Below, one piece after another: positions 1 through 12,683 of a DNA stretch of 64,000 nt. Made by a program: the position numbers and the translations under genes. The notes beneath the pieces are model-generated. The model worked only from the letters and a program-made list of their open reading frames with translations. It had not been told where the DNA came from and did no database searches. Every line of letters begins with the position of its first letter. Position 1 is the first letter of the stretch. This stretch comes from Utricularia gibba (lineage: Eukaryota > Plantae > Magnoliophyta), in assembly GCA_002189035.1 (NCBI GenBank), contig NEEC01000029.1, positions 248,001 to 312,000 on the forward strand. Direction: 5' to 3'.

Positions 1-254
1 ACTCCCCCTTCATGGAACCCTGGTCTATAGAAACTGGAAGCCTGCAGAAACCCTGAGCCTCGCGTTTCGGTATCACTAAGAAGAGGATCTCTAAAATGGA
101 TAAACGGGTCCCCGAACTCCTCATCCGGGTAAGCTAGAAAGTTCATCGGAAACTCCCATGACCCCGCTTCTTCCGCTCCCCAGCTTCCTCCTCCGCCGCC
201 GCCGTTGCCAGCTCGAATGATATCGGCCAAATCCCCCTGATATTTATTCTCCAT
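1..254 (-). CDS. WRKY transcription factor, group IIe (WRKY14/35-like), N-terminal part; runs off the window start
   Basis: Manual minus-strand translation from ATG at 254 gives MENKYQGDLADIIRAG...EEFGDPFIHFRDPLLSD, resembling the MENxQGDLxDIVR and FGDPF..RDPLL N-terminal motifs of WRKY14/35. The WRKY domain itself is outside the window. Confidence 0.65.
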   Translation of the reverse strand, partial: MENKYQGDLADIIRAGNGGGGGGSWGAEEAGSWEFPMNFLAYPDEEFGDPFIHFRDPLLSDTETRGSGFLQASSFYRPGFHEGG

Positions 255-912
255 CCAATGACCACACACGAAGAAGAAGAAGGGAGTAACTATTCAGTAA
301 CAGACAAAGGAAAGCAGAGCTTGAAGAACTCTAACTCATACGCAAGCCAAAGGTTCTATTTATTTAAATCATTTAAAAAATAAATTGGTCAAATTTTTTA
401 ATTTGTCTTAACTGGACTTCCTCCCCATGTGACACCAAACCATTATCCAATCCAGTTTGTTGAAAAATATGACGATATATAATTATTTAATCACGTAATA
501 AATGATGTAATGACCACATCAACCACTCGTCGATTACTACGTCTCACCATTTTTTCCATTTAATTAACCTAATCTAAAGAATTATCAACGCCATTAGTTT
601 AATCCTAAAGTAATATTTTGAAAGCATTCGAACGGCCTGGAACATCATCCTAGCCGACACTATCCGACCACAAAAATTCGGGTTCATCGTCGATCACGTT
701 TCCGGGTAAGGATGGTGCCGGCGAGCAGAGGCCGTGACGTGAGGCATTTCGAGGTAACGGTAGTGGGCCGTTGCACTTCAATGGGCCCCAACAAAATTGA
801 ACGTGGGTTGGGCCTTTAAAATATTACACATGCTCAAAGTGTGGCGGCCACCATCCTTCCCTCACTTTTTCATCAAACGAAAACCGAAAGGTAGGGCCAG
901 AGATTACCATCA

Positions 913-2360
913 ATGGCTTCTTGTTACATGAAAGGTTCAAGATTGATTTTTTATGGTGCATTCCCTCGAGACTCTGCCAACATCGTACCCACAAACCTAT
1001 TTTTCTATCCCCGTCGTCGGCCGTCGAACCCCTTGTCCAGTTCTTCAAATGTGCTCCCAATTGGGCGACAGATTTTCAGGGACACTAGGATGCTGGCTGC
1101 GAAAAGCCTATGGAAGAGCCATGATGCTGGTGGGTGGAAGAGATTTTTCGACGGCCGCCAGACACAACTTAAGCACTTCGATAAGCCCAACGGATGGTTT
1201 CCCATTGTTAGGAATACTTTGATTGTAGTTGCCATGTTTGTCGCAGTCTCATGCGTGATCATATGCCGTGGGATTGTAGTGATTACCCCTTATACGAATA
1301 GAACCCAGTGCGGGCTTTTACCTCGTAGTTTCCTCAGGACGGTCGCGGACGTTGCGGTTGAGTGGATAAAATATGAATACGGAGACCGAGTTTTGTCTCC
1401 TCTTCATCCAGATAGTGTGAGGGTTGGGGCCATAGCACAGCGCATAATTGATGAATTGCCCAGGGCGAGAAAGGTGCCCGTTTTGAGCTACTTAAGAAAG
1501 GCGTTGGGGAGAGATACCAAGGATGATACTCTAGACGCATCAATGAGTAAGAGTACTGTGGTTGGTGACCGAAAAAATAAGTATTTGGAAGGGGTGGCTT
1601 GGGAAGTTATTTTGGTTGATGATCCTTCTGATGAGGCTTATTGTTTACCCAATGGTAAGATATTTATGTATACCGGTATGCTTGAGTTTTGTCGGACAGA
1701 TGCTGAAGTTGCAGCTGTTCTTGCACACGAGGTAAAAAAGCAAACAAACACATTGGCTCTCTAGTGATATAATTACATGTTGGATTATGGGACATTTTTT
1801 ATGTGCAGGTCGCGCATGTCTTCGCTGGCCACTCTGGCGAGAAGATATTGTTGTGGTTGATTATACGATGCTTTCTTGTAAATGAACTTGCTATCGAAGT
1901 GGCTAATGTGTTGTTATTTCTTCCGCTTTCTCGAAGGTTGGTGATTTTATTACTTGTTTGGTGGTTTGCTTGCAGTGGATTTGATTCCATGGTGTTTGGC
2001 AATCCATGATAAGAGAGTAAATGACCCATTCTTGATGTTTGTAGGAACGAGATGGAGGCAGATCATATAGGGCTCATGCTAATGGCGTCAGCAGGTTACA
2101 ATCCTCGAGCGTCTCCCAACTTTTTTAAGAGGGGGGGGGGGGGGGGGGGTTCAAAAGGCTTTGAAGACTTCCTGGAAACTCATCCCTCAGGAGAGGAGAG
2201 AGCTGAAATACTTTCTCGAGACGAAGTTATGAAAGAAGCTGAGGCCATATACGATAAGAAAAACAGAGGAGTCCACCCATGGCTCCCCTATGTAAAAAAA
2301 TTTTTTGAGGGGGCGTGTGCTTGCGTTCTTTGTGTTGTGCTGCTGCTGTTGGATGCTTAA
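913..2360 (+). CDS. OMA1: Peptidase M48 family, mitochondrial metalloendopeptidase OMA1-like
   Basis: Three exons (913-1731, 1810-1936, 2045-2360) with GT-AG introns. Spliced protein has AYCLPNGKIF, an intact HExxH (AHE|VAH), LSRRNEMEADHIGL and THPSGEER. Confidence 0.9.
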
Positions 2361-2985
2361 AATATTTTCTTAATGTCATACATCATAGTTTATGATACTG
2401 TCAAATCTCTGCAAGCCGCTTACCTTTCTGCGTGCACCCTTTGTAGAGTGCATCAGCAACCTGGTGACTGACTCTCACAATTCACAAATAATTATCTTCT
2501 TCTTTGAGACAAGATTCAAAATGAGTTAGAATCTCTAACAAAGTTGGTTTCTACATGAATACATCATTAGTGTTCTGTTTCTGGCAATGAAGAATTGGTT
2601 TGGGGAGAGCTGAAGGGAATTAATATTTGTTGATGGCAAGTTGAGGTGTATAACTCTCACCGTCAACGATGAATTTCAGATCTCACCCGAGTAATGGAGC
2701 AAAGGTAAGCACTGCCAACATGCACACCAATTCAAAGTATTTAATTTAAAATATTTTAAAATCTGGTACCAGGCTGGGGTGGGGTGGGGTGGATAGACTT
2801 TGGCGGAGGAGAATCTAAAGCAAGCGACTAACGGGAACAATGGCTTCCAATCATGCTCCTCCACGTGAGCACCACATCTTATCCACACCGCCAGCCATCA
2901 GATCTCTTCATGCTTCATCTCTTCTCCGGTCTTGCTCTCCACTCACAACTCAGACTTGCTTCATCTCGGTGGAGGAGCAACAAAA

Positions 2986-3741
2986 ATGTCTCTCACCATC
3001 CCCACGAACTTCTCCAAATCCATTTCGACTCCGAAGCTGGGATCCCAATTCACAGTCAAGCGGAAATCTGCAGCCATTTCTTGCCAACTCAATGTTCCCA
3101 GTCAATCAGACGAATCCTCTTCCCCTGCCGCTCAGCTTAAAGCTTTGACTGCTGCGGTTGCGCTTTCTTCGATCATCCTATCCGCTCCGGTGCTTCCGGC
3201 GTCTGCAGATATCTCCGGGCTGACTCCTTGCAAGGAATCCAAGCAGTTTGCTAAGCGTGAGAAACAGGAGATCAAGAAACTCGAGTCGTCTCTCAAGTAT
3301 TACGCTCCTGATAGTGCCCCTGCGCTTGCCATCAACGCAACCATTGAAAAGACTAAAAAGAGGTATCATTTCGCTGTAGCTTGAATCATTTGATTTCCAA
3401 AAAGAACGCACCTTGACTGATGAGGATGCAGGTTCGAGAACTACGGGAACCAAGGTCTGCTCTGCGGATCCGATGGGTTGCCGCATTTGATTGTGAGCGG
3501 TGATCAGAGACACTGGGGCGAGTTCATCACTCCCGGAATCTTGTTCCTCTACATCGCGGGATGGATCGGGTGGGTCGGCAGGAGCTACCTTATCGCGATT
3601 AGGGATGACAAGAAACCAACTCAAAAGGAGATCATCATCGATGTGCCACTTGCTAGCAAGCTTGTCTGGAGAGGATTCAGCTGGCCTGTTGCTGCTTACA
3701 GAGAGTACTTGAATGGAGAGCTCATTGACCCCAATGTCTGA
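2986..3741 (+). CDS. PSAF: Photosystem I reaction centre subunit III precursor
   Basis: Exons 2986-3362 and 3432-3741. Contains [20 protein letters not shown] and [40 protein letters not shown] after a bipartite transit peptide. Confidence 0.97.
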
Positions 3742-4223
3742 TCCCTCCAGGTATTGCCCTGGGATATGTTTTCCCATGTCCAGGATGACTCCTTCATGGT
3801 ATTTGTCTGCATATAAACATGAGCAAATGTGTTTACCTTCAACCCAACTTGACATACCAAATATCGGAACGATCGAATATCATGACGCTAGAACATCACG
3901 GAAATCACTACACCTTAGCCTCGAAACAAACAAACGAGTTCATCAGTTAGACTTATAGCCACTTTTCCATCTAGCAACAACCAAGTGATGCCCCAATGGC
4001 CATATCCTATTACTTTAACAAAAAGAAGAAGAACAAGATAGTGAATATTGGGGATTTTACATAGGTTGCTCCAGCATCTCGTTTTAAATCATTTTTTGGA
4101 TGTATGGTTGCTTGAGGAGCGAGAATTAGTGTAACTATAGGTGGGATAATCTGATGAGAGATTTCAAGTAAGTATGGGAGTATGAACGCGGAGCAACAGC
4201 CGAAAAAGGAGAAGAGAAAGCAT

Positions 4224-4754
4224 CTAGAAGATCTTACTGGACCATGGATAAGAACTAGAGGAAATACAGCAATTTACCTTCTTATATGTTACCGTTGATA
4301 TACGAAGCCTCGGTGGAAGCTGTCGACAGAAAAACTCAGAGATCAACGACGGTCGACGGCGGAAGTAATATAGTAGAACTTCAGTCGCCTCTCGAACCAT
4401 CTCTAGTGCAGCAGTATCCCAATAATCAATAGAACCATCAGCTGCTACCACTCTCGCCGCCGCCAGAGCTTCCTAGTTTCCAATTTCCCCTAAATCCATC
4501 ACCAACACCGGAAATCAATCGGAAAAAAATGCAAAAAATTCCTCAAATCATTCGGTTTCACAAACAACCGAGTACTCAGACTCCGCTGCGAAGAGTAGAA
4601 AAACGAACGTCGATGAAATAGGGGCCGATCGGCAACATAGAGAATCAGCGGCACTGAATGATAGACTGTTGAGAACGTAGGAATCGAACGCCGAACGGAA
4701 AAGAAAGGCGATCAATGGACTCGTCGACGCCATCGACAAGCTCGCATACTCCAT
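4224..4754 (-). CDS. Possible small spliced gene of unknown product
   Basis: GC-rich ORFs 4548-4754 and 4224-4451, a strong donor (AAG|GTAAAT near 4280) and a candidate acceptor near 4470. No family recognised. Confidence 0.25.
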
Positions 4755-4882
4755 TAGTGTTAATTAATAATAATTCTTTATTATCCGATTCTCCTAGATT
4801 GGGCCTCAGCCTACTAATGAGCCGGATCAGAATAAATAATAAATAAATAAAATCAAAACCAATTTCATCTCTGTACTGTACG

Positions 4883-6284
4883 TTAAACCTTCATCTCTGT
4901 TTCTCTTTTCGCCAGTGTCTTCTTCAATCCCTTGAGAATCTTCCCAAACCACATTACATTCATCAACGCGAGGGCGATCGGGACGAGGATCACCAACATG
5001 AACCCGAAGGTATGCATCTTCATCACCTGTTGTTCGTTCGCTGATATGAGTTCACTACCAGAACCAGGCGCATCATGGTCATATGGAGGAGTGGCTGGTT
5101 TATCAGGTTACCTGAGTCTGGTGGAGGTAAACATGGCGGAATATGTAAACGAAGAGGAGGATTCTGGCAACCTGCATTGGCATATCGTCGAACAGTATCA
5201 AGACGACCATAGGAGCAGCGAGTTAGTGCTGTCGAGACTACTTACCAGCCACCCCAGAAAGATGGCTACTCCGTTTGCGAGATACACGTTCGTCTTCTTC
5301 AATCCGCTTACGTCGAGGAACCTGCAGGGAGATCGAATGGGAGCCATTTAGCACGAACGGAACGGAAAGGTTAGATCCTGAGTAAAGGGACTTGCCATCT
5401 CAGGTTGATCCCTGGCGTTGTCACCTCAGACAGGAGGACCATGAATGTGTAGAGCTGCCCTTCTCCGGTGAACATCGAATAGGCAACTGCCACCGCCGAA
5501 AGAGAGTGATGAATGATCTGAAAGGGGAGACGAGATACTCAGCTCATTTAACAAAGTATCATTCCAGAAGCCGTTCAGTCGCTTACGTATTCAAAGCCAC
5601 CCAGAGAAGGAAACAGCCAGCAGATCATCGCAAGATCCGCAATGAAGTAGCCGACGGACATCTGCCCGGAGGTAAAGGGTTAGTTACAAATGAAAAGAAA
5701 CTGAGAATCACCAAGAGGGAATCTCAGCAACATGATCATCAATGCAGAGTGGCATGTCTATGAGCAAAACAATGATCCTTACCCCGAGGGAGAATGTCGA
5801 GAGATGAGACCTTCGGAATGTAATGAGACTGGTTGAAATGCGACTAGAGAAGAGTTCAGAACAGAAGACAAAGTAAAATGACATGGCTGTCACAAAAAGT
5901 GCATGAACGGTGGACATTCCTCTGCATCAAAGTGAACTTCTTGAAGTTAAAACCGTAGCCAGATTGAATACAAGTGCAAAATAACATCACCCAGAGAAGA
6001 TGAAGCACCGGTTATTCCACTCGATTCTTTGGATCTTAGTGAGGGCAGTGTAGAACCTGTTGTGGGATGTACTGAACAGCTTAACCAGATCATACACCTG
6101 TTGAAACAACAGATGGCTACATGACAACAAAGGTTGCGGCATTCGTGATGGTAGTATGAATGTATACCATTTTGCAAGCCAAGATGCCGCAGAGAACTGA
6201 AGCCAAGGGAAGAAAACCATCAGCAACAACATAGGTTTTAAGGAACACCGCAGCTTGGCTTTGATACCCTGCGCTGGAAGGCAT
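4883..6284 (-). CDS. TLC (TRAM/LAG1/CLN8) domain membrane protein, TMEM56/TLCD4-like
   Basis: Manually spliced: MPSSAGYQSQAAVFLKTYVVAD...LACKM|VYDLVKL...KIQRIEWNNR|MSTVHALF...|SVGYFIADLAM...|...GQLYTFMVLLSEVTTPGINLRW...|...LMNVMWFGKILKGLKKTLAKR, with GT-AG boundaries. Confidence 0.9.
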
Positions 6285-7015
6285 GTCTCTTCTGGGTTAC
6301 GTGATTCTCCAGGTTTCTGCAACAGCTCACAACTGATATTTATGAAGTAATCAACTTTGAAAAACTCATGATGTGCAGTACACATTGCTGATTGAGAAAA
6401 CCCTTGTAAAAGCTCCCTCATGAATAATTCTTAGCGAAAGAATACCTTCACCAGAATCTGTGAGTCACGCCCATCTTCAACCCAGAATCTCTTGAGTCTC
6501 CCACTGATTTCTGAAGCAGAAAAAAAAAACAAGGAAAATGAGGGATCTAGGGAAGCAAATACAACTCTGCTGACTCCATTGCTCGTTAAAACTCGTGGAA
6601 ATGAATTCGAAAAATGTCCCAGGATTGAAGAAAGAGTGGCTAACAGCGAAAAAATCGCTGAATCATGGAAACAGAAAAAAAGGAAACAGCCCCCAGATCG
6701 CTAACTACCAGACAGCAGCAATCCAATAGCGTCACCGAATCGGAAAATGAATAGTAGTCGAATTCATGGGACCATGTGAACGAATGCGCGTTGATGTTTT
6801 ATGTAAACTTTTTTAGTCTACAACTGGGTCTTGGCCAGAAGCAGCAAAACCCACCAACAGAAACCGCTGGTAAACGTAAAGAACGGTGTTTCGGAAGTAA
6901 CAACGATAAAGGAAGGTTGAATCAAGTAAGACTGTAGGTGGGCTGTTACTTTTTGCTTCGTTATCGCCAAACCAGCAACGATTAAAGCGATAATCGTGAC
7001 TGGGAGGAGCAATAA

Positions 7016-7017
<2 letters not shown>

Positions 7018-7057
<40 letters not shown>
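7018..7057. repeat. (AG)n/(CT)n microsatellite, about 20 units
   Basis: Direct reading. Lies upstream of the TLC gene, where CT tracts are common in plant 5' leaders. Confidence 0.95.
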
Positions 7058-7058
<1 letters not shown>

Positions 7059-7065
7059 AGAGCTT

Positions 7066-7990
7066 TCATTGATCACAAACCCAAATTTCACCAACTAACT
7101 TTAATGGCGGCTCACGGAATTTGTGGGAGCATTTGATTGTGAACATCATCCCTAAGAGCCTCTGCTTGCCACAGAGAGTGCGAATTTCGGTCCATTCGTC
7201 CCACCCATCTGGGGTGGATACAAAGCCAACAGCCACTCGGGCTAAATTCAAAGCCTTTCCTACTGTTGTTGTAGGGACTAATTTCAACACAAAAGATTCG
7301 ATATCATTGGCTTGTTCAAGTATTCTTTTCCGGAGTGCCCTTACCAGCGGAATGTCAACAACTTCATCGTCATTCATAAGCTGGGAAACATTAGCAAAAC
7401 ACGTTAGTTTTCACATCTTAATCTGCATCATTGAAAAAAAAAAGGCAGCTAACAAAGATATGCACTCTATGGTGTTCCTCCAAATTATATCAATTTCCCT
7501 AACAAAAAAAAACTTCCACTTTCATTATTCTTTATAAGCAATCTACTGAAAAAAACTCATCACCTGAGTATGCATGACTTCAGAATCCGTTAACACAGAA
7601 ATCTTGCGGACATATTTCTGGATAGCCAAAGCCAGGCCATCCAGCAAAGCTAGATATTCTGCAACTATTGCTTCTTCATAAAAATCAAGCTTTTTTTGGA
7701 TTCGGAGTTGAGTACCATTCCAGGGTCGATCAATAACCACCCCAATTCCAGAAATTCTAGTGCCAGCATCTCCAGGGTCGGGTACTGAAACACCCTTGAC
7801 GTACATCTTTGCATGACCATCATCAACAGAAATGTTTCCTTTGAAATCCACCATATGGCACTCTTCTCTATCCCTCAATTCATCCTCGTCCTCGAAGCAA
7901 CTTTTGAATTCTTCCTCGTCTTCTTCGAACTTCAGCCTCAGAGCTTCATTACCACAATTTTTGTCAGCAAAAAAACAGTATTTCCTCCAT
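7066..7990 (-). pseudogene. Truncated RNase H-like domain/RBR-type E3 ubiquitin ligase
   Basis: Exon 1 (7990-7564) has an acidic N-terminus and an RNase H-like fold (KMYVKG...SGIGVV...AEYLALLDGL...TDSE). Exon 2 (7380-7066) reaches a RING1 remnant (RTLC...KCSHKF), then unrelated sequence and a stop. No IBR or RING2 follows. Confidence 0.7.
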
Positions 7991-8884
7991 TTCAGTGATC
8001 ACGGAGAACCATAGACTACAGATTCCCACAAAAATTGAAGTTTGAAGAAATAGAATAGATTATGTTCAATACTCAACAAAAAACAAGAATTGGGGCTCAA
8101 AGAAAATATGGTCTTGCAGCAAACTCCGAACTGGCAACATTAATCAAGTACCCATCCCTTGAAGATCCAATTTTTTTTTTAAAAAAAGTACACACTCAAA
8201 GCAACTTCCTCGCTTTACTTAAGAAAAATCAACCATAAAAAGTCGATTCCACCAGAGACAAAGAAGGGGAACAACAGTTTTTCTTTGCTCTCAAAAGAAA
8301 AAAAAAAAGAGGCATAAAAGAAACACCCACTTCTTGACCTAATGATTCTTCCCTCAGCCACACACCCATTATAAATCATAATATACTAACATTAACGAAT
8401 ATACGGTTGCCTACATAAACGGGGAATATTAACACCAGTATCTAAAAAGCAATCTTTGATATTCGATTTTCATACACTTTATATTTAAACTCAGCATATT
8501 AAAAACAATTTATTTTTCCACAATTCAAAATCTCTCTAAATTAAAAATAAAAAAATTAATGTATTCGAAGATTTGTCATTAGAGAAAAATCCATGTACGT
8601 AAATTACTTAATGACTATTTTAATTATTATTTAAAAATTAAAAAGAAAAAATGCATTAAAAAATAAACAAGCTCCCGTTTCCAAAGTGCATGGCTTTGCG
8701 TTCGTCGGAAGTGTGGGTTTCAGTTTGGAATCTCAAGATGCCACCGCCGCTTTTTAATTGCCTGTTTTTTAATGCCGATTATGTTAAGTATAAAATCATT
8801 TAAACATGGAAAGAAAGAGAAGCGAAGCTATAGCGATGGCAACAAAATGCATGAGCTCTTGACATCTGCACTGCATTTTTGTTG

Positions 8885-9884
8885 TCAGTGTTTGTTGTCT
8901 TCTTCCTCGCAAAATTTGGAGTATCGATCTGCATCCATCAAGGAGTCGACTTCCTGAGCATCCTTCACCTCCAACTTGATGATCCATCCATCCTCGAATG
9001 GACTGCTGTTCACCTACACCCCACGAGGTTCCAAGATTATCGTAAGAAGGCAGCTTGATGGGCTGACAAGAGGGAGTTACGGAGTTTGAGTACAGGAAGC
9101 AAAAGCGGAGCCATAGCCATCTCAGCCAGCTCTAATAAAAATACTACGTTGGCTTCGATAATCAGTCAGCCTAAATGAGATTCAGCAACATTAGCAGGAT
9201 ATGGGGATCAAGCAGGAAACACAGGGACAACAGTAATTTCTGGGATTTGGGTGAAAGAGGAAAGTAAATATCAAGTTCCTTCTATGGACATTCAAAATCT
9301 GCAGTTAAGAATAGCCACGCCGGTTTAGCCTGAGCTTACCAGATTAGGGGATTCACTGAGTTTAGTGTTGACATCGGTAACTTTCCCTGAGACGGGAGTA
9401 TAAATATCGCTGGTAGCTTTGACGCTTTCCACAGCACCAAAGCTCTCACCTTTTTTCACCTCGGCTCCCTCTTCGGGTAATTCAACGTACACGACATCGC
9501 CAAGGTGATCCTGGGCATGATCAGTGATACCAATTGTCGCCGAGTTACCCTCAATTTTTACCCATTCGTGCGAGTCTGCGTACTTCAAATCTTTGACAAC
9601 TGCATTCATTCAACAACGTGCATGAAAACTGGCATGGGTGTTGAAGAGATCTAAATGAAACCACAGAAAAATGAGAACTTGAACACTGCAAAAAAAATTT
9701 CGGAACAAAATTGGTGGCAGAGGAAATAGATCTGTGATTACAAATTGTTTCGAGAATCAAAGATCCTAAGCAAGAAGCAGAGAAAATGAAGTGAAGATCC
9801 GAAGTTACCGGTGGCAAGATTTCTGGAAATCATGGAGACCCTGAGATAAGAAGCGGTCCTAGCAGCCCAATATCTTGACGCCAT
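8885..9884 (-). CDS. GDH2: Glycine cleavage system H protein, mitochondrial (GDH2 type)
   Basis: Exons 9884-9809, 9599-9340, 9013-8885: [15 protein letters not shown]...[14 protein letters not shown]...[11 protein letters not shown] (lipoyl-Lys motif)...[13 protein letters not shown]. Confidence 0.95.
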
Positions 9885-9980
9885 TGTTCTCTTCGGCGGT
9901 CAGATGGTTCTGGGTTGGCGGCGATTCCGAACTTTAAAACATAGAGGCTGGTGACCGTGATCATATTCGACACGTAGGTT

Positions 9981-10004
9981 GAGAGAGAGAGAGAGAGAGA
10001 GAGA
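9981..10004. repeat. (GA)n microsatellite in the roughly 350-bp divergent interval between GDH2 and the next gene
   Basis: Direct reading of about 12 GA units. Confidence 0.9.
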
Positions 10005-10231
10005 AGCCAAGCTTTCTTTTTAAAAGAAAATGGCGTTTTTAGTTGTTTACGTACGTGAAGAAAGTCGCTGCTCTCCTTGACGCGTTGGCGTTTGCAGACG
10101 CGTTTCTTGGAAGAGGAATTTGCGTCGGCATGCCACCGGCGTTCTTTTCCTCGAATTCTCATTTCAAGCATTTGGAATTGATCCTGTTGATTTCGCGATA
10201 GTATCCGGCGGGTGAAGAATTTAATTTTCCG

Positions 10232-11188
10232 ATGGCCCTGGCGGCGGAGCAGCTCCAGTTCTTGACCGTTTTGGATGTTCTCAAGGAGTCGATTGAGATC
10301 CCCAAGCAATCCCCAAGAACTTTCTGTCTCATAACCCTAACGCTGATCTTCCCCCTTTCTTTCGCCATTTTGGTTCACTCGCTTTTCACAAATCCAATCC
10401 TCACTCAGCTTAGAGAAGATACCACCGCTGTGCATTCCTCCGTTTGGTTCAAACTCTTCGCATTTCAGTTCTGTTACCTAATTTTTCTCTTTGCTTTCTC
10501 CCTCCTATCAACCTCCGCGGTCGTGTTTACTGTCGCCTCGCTTTATACCTCAAAGCCAGTGTCTTTTTCCTCGACCATTGCGGCGATTCCGAAGGTGCTG
10601 AGGCGCCTATTTATTACCTTTTTGTGGGTTTCTCTAATGATGGTTGTTTACAGCATTATATTCGTGGCGTCGCTTGTGCTTCTCATCATTTCTGTCGACA
10701 TAAACAGTGTGCTGCTGTTTTTCATCTCTTTTGTGATTGTTATCACGTTATTCCTTGGTGTGCACGTCTACATAAGCGCACTATGGCATCTCGCTAGCGT
10801 GGTGTCTGTGCTTGAGCCTGTATATGGTTTTGCCGCAATGAGGAAGAGCTATGAATTGTTGAAGGGTAAGGCTAGGATGGGGTTCTCACTGGTTTTCTGT
10901 TACTTTCTGGTGTGTGGCGTGATCAATGGCCTCTTTGGGACATTTGTGGTGCATGGAGGAGGCGAATACGCAGTTTTATCGAGAATGATCATCGGGGGAT
11001 TTCTAGTTGCCATGTTGGTGATTGTGAACCTGGTTGGGCTTCTGGTTCAGAGTGTCTTCTACTATGTCTGCAAGAGTTATCATAACCAGAGTATTGATAA
11101 GTCTGTTCTTCACGATCATTTGGGTGGATACCTTGGGGAGTATGTACCACTTAAGAGTAGCATTCAGATGGAAAACTTGGATCCGTAA
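10232..11188 (+). CDS. Uncharacterised intronless multi-pass membrane protein, conserved plant family
   Basis: 318-aa ORF with several hydrophobic helices. N-terminus EQLQFLT...LITLTLIFPLSFAIL and C-terminus LHDHLGGYLGEYVPLKSSIQMENL match a family I recall as At5g44860/At1g31130-like. Confidence 0.85.
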   Translation: MALAAEQLQFLTVLDVLKESIEIPKQSPRTFCLITLTLIFPLSFAILVHSLFTNPILTQLREDTTAVHSSVWFKLFAFQFCYLIFLFAFSLLSTSAVVFTVASLYTSKPVSFSSTIAAIPKVLRRLFITFLWVSLMMVVYSIIFVASLVLLIISVDINSVLLFFISFVIVITLFLGVHVYISALWHLASVVSVLEPVYGFAAMRKSYELLKGKARMGFSLVFCYFLVCGVINGLFGTFVVHGGGEYAVLSRMIIGGFLVAMLVIVNLVGLLVQSVFYYVCKSYHNQSIDKSVLHDHLGGYLGEYVPLKSSIQMENLDP

Positions 11189-12683
11189 TCCCATGCTGCA
11201 TCTGCAAGTCCTGGCTACTTCACTACAACAAAAAGATTGAAAATTTTCCCTACATACTCTTGTGCATACTCTTCTCCCCTTTGCTGAAACTTGTACAATA
11301 TTTATCCTGTTTTTGTTGAAATGTTGAAACTTCCGTACTTGATTTAGCTGTTGTTTGGAAATCTGGTTATGTCACTACAAAGGACCACACACATTTGAAG
11401 CGTTTTGACTACTAATTCTTTATGCATAGTACTTTTACTGAACATTGTGTCTTATTGTGCATTCAGTACGCTAAGCTTTGTGTTCCCTGTCTCTTTTCTG
11501 TTCGATTCCATTATAAGTCTGCAAGTTCTTGCTACAAGCAATGTGTTGAGAAATATTGCCTATTTTTCCTTTGGCTGAAGGGCTGGCTGTATCCAGTCCT
11601 TTGTCTTAATATTGTGCTTGCCCATGTCACCAGAAGGAGAGATTTTGCATATGGAAAGTGGCTTCACTCCAACTCTGCAACACTGGGAGTATTCCTTTCA
11701 TAGCCGTTGAGCTTTTGTAAATTCGTTATCTTTCAACAGTTACCGTATGTTCTTTACAACTTCATCCCCTGGTGAGACCTATGGCTGCGATTGAAAGGCT
11801 TTCCAAGGAGGTGACACCCTACCAGACAGCAGGGACCACTTTGCAAATATTATTCTCAGAGCAATCGCATCCGAGGCCCTTACCATGTGAACAAGCAATG
11901 ATTCGTCATCACACACTGCACGTACGGCTTCCTGCTACAGTATGGGTAGGGTGAGGTAGGGTAGTTTTGCCTGCCAGGGTGAATTCAGTACTTGCTGACC
12001 AGCCGACCTCAGTGAAAATTGGCAAGTAAATGTGTTTTTACTGCATGCAACTCCTCTGTGGGAAAGCGGTGTCGTCGATGGCGGACACGGCGGACACGTT
12101 TTGAAATATGAGTTTACGTGGTATTTCACGGAACTCGGTATTCGGTGGCGATAGAATGCGTTGAAAACTCGATGGAGCCTACCCAGATACGACGGACACT
12201 CGTCCACAGACTAATGGTGGTTAGGAAGTAAAAGGCATGAGATATAGTACTAGCGGCATTGAAGGTTGTACCGAGGAGGATGCACGCGAACCGGGGAAAC
12301 AGGATGATGATTTATATTCTCGCAAAGTTGACATTTTTGCTAATAGGGAATTTCTGTTCAAGGCGGCTCTCTTTTGTTACCGTTCATTATTTTTCTTTTG
12401 TTTAATGATGAGACAAAACGTGACCGGAATGCTACTGGCATGATGGAATTTGTACCCTCCTGTGGAAGAATATAATCCATAGAGATTGATTGAGTAATAA
12501 AGCTGTGTATCTTTTTGCTCTTTTGTGAATTTGTGAAGTATGTCGTTCATTAGACCATGTACTTGAAGTTTAGTCAATGATGAAGAGTTGAGCGGCTTCT
12601 TTTGTTAGAAGAAGAGAATTAGAGTTCTGTTTCTGAGAGTTTTTTTTCGGGATAGTTTCTGTTTCCTTCGATTTTGCTGCTGA

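Noticed and set aside
4932-5763. Plus-strand ORFs of 139 and 123 aa
   Set aside because: They are antisense shadows of TLC gene exons.
6813-7094. ORFs with SLSLSL or LSLSLS stretches resembling signal peptides
   Set aside because: They are translations of the CT microsatellite in a probable 5' leader.
7560-7900. RNase H-like domain as evidence of a retrotransposon
   Set aside because: It sits in a spliced host gene followed by a RING remnant, with no RT, integrase or LTRs nearby.
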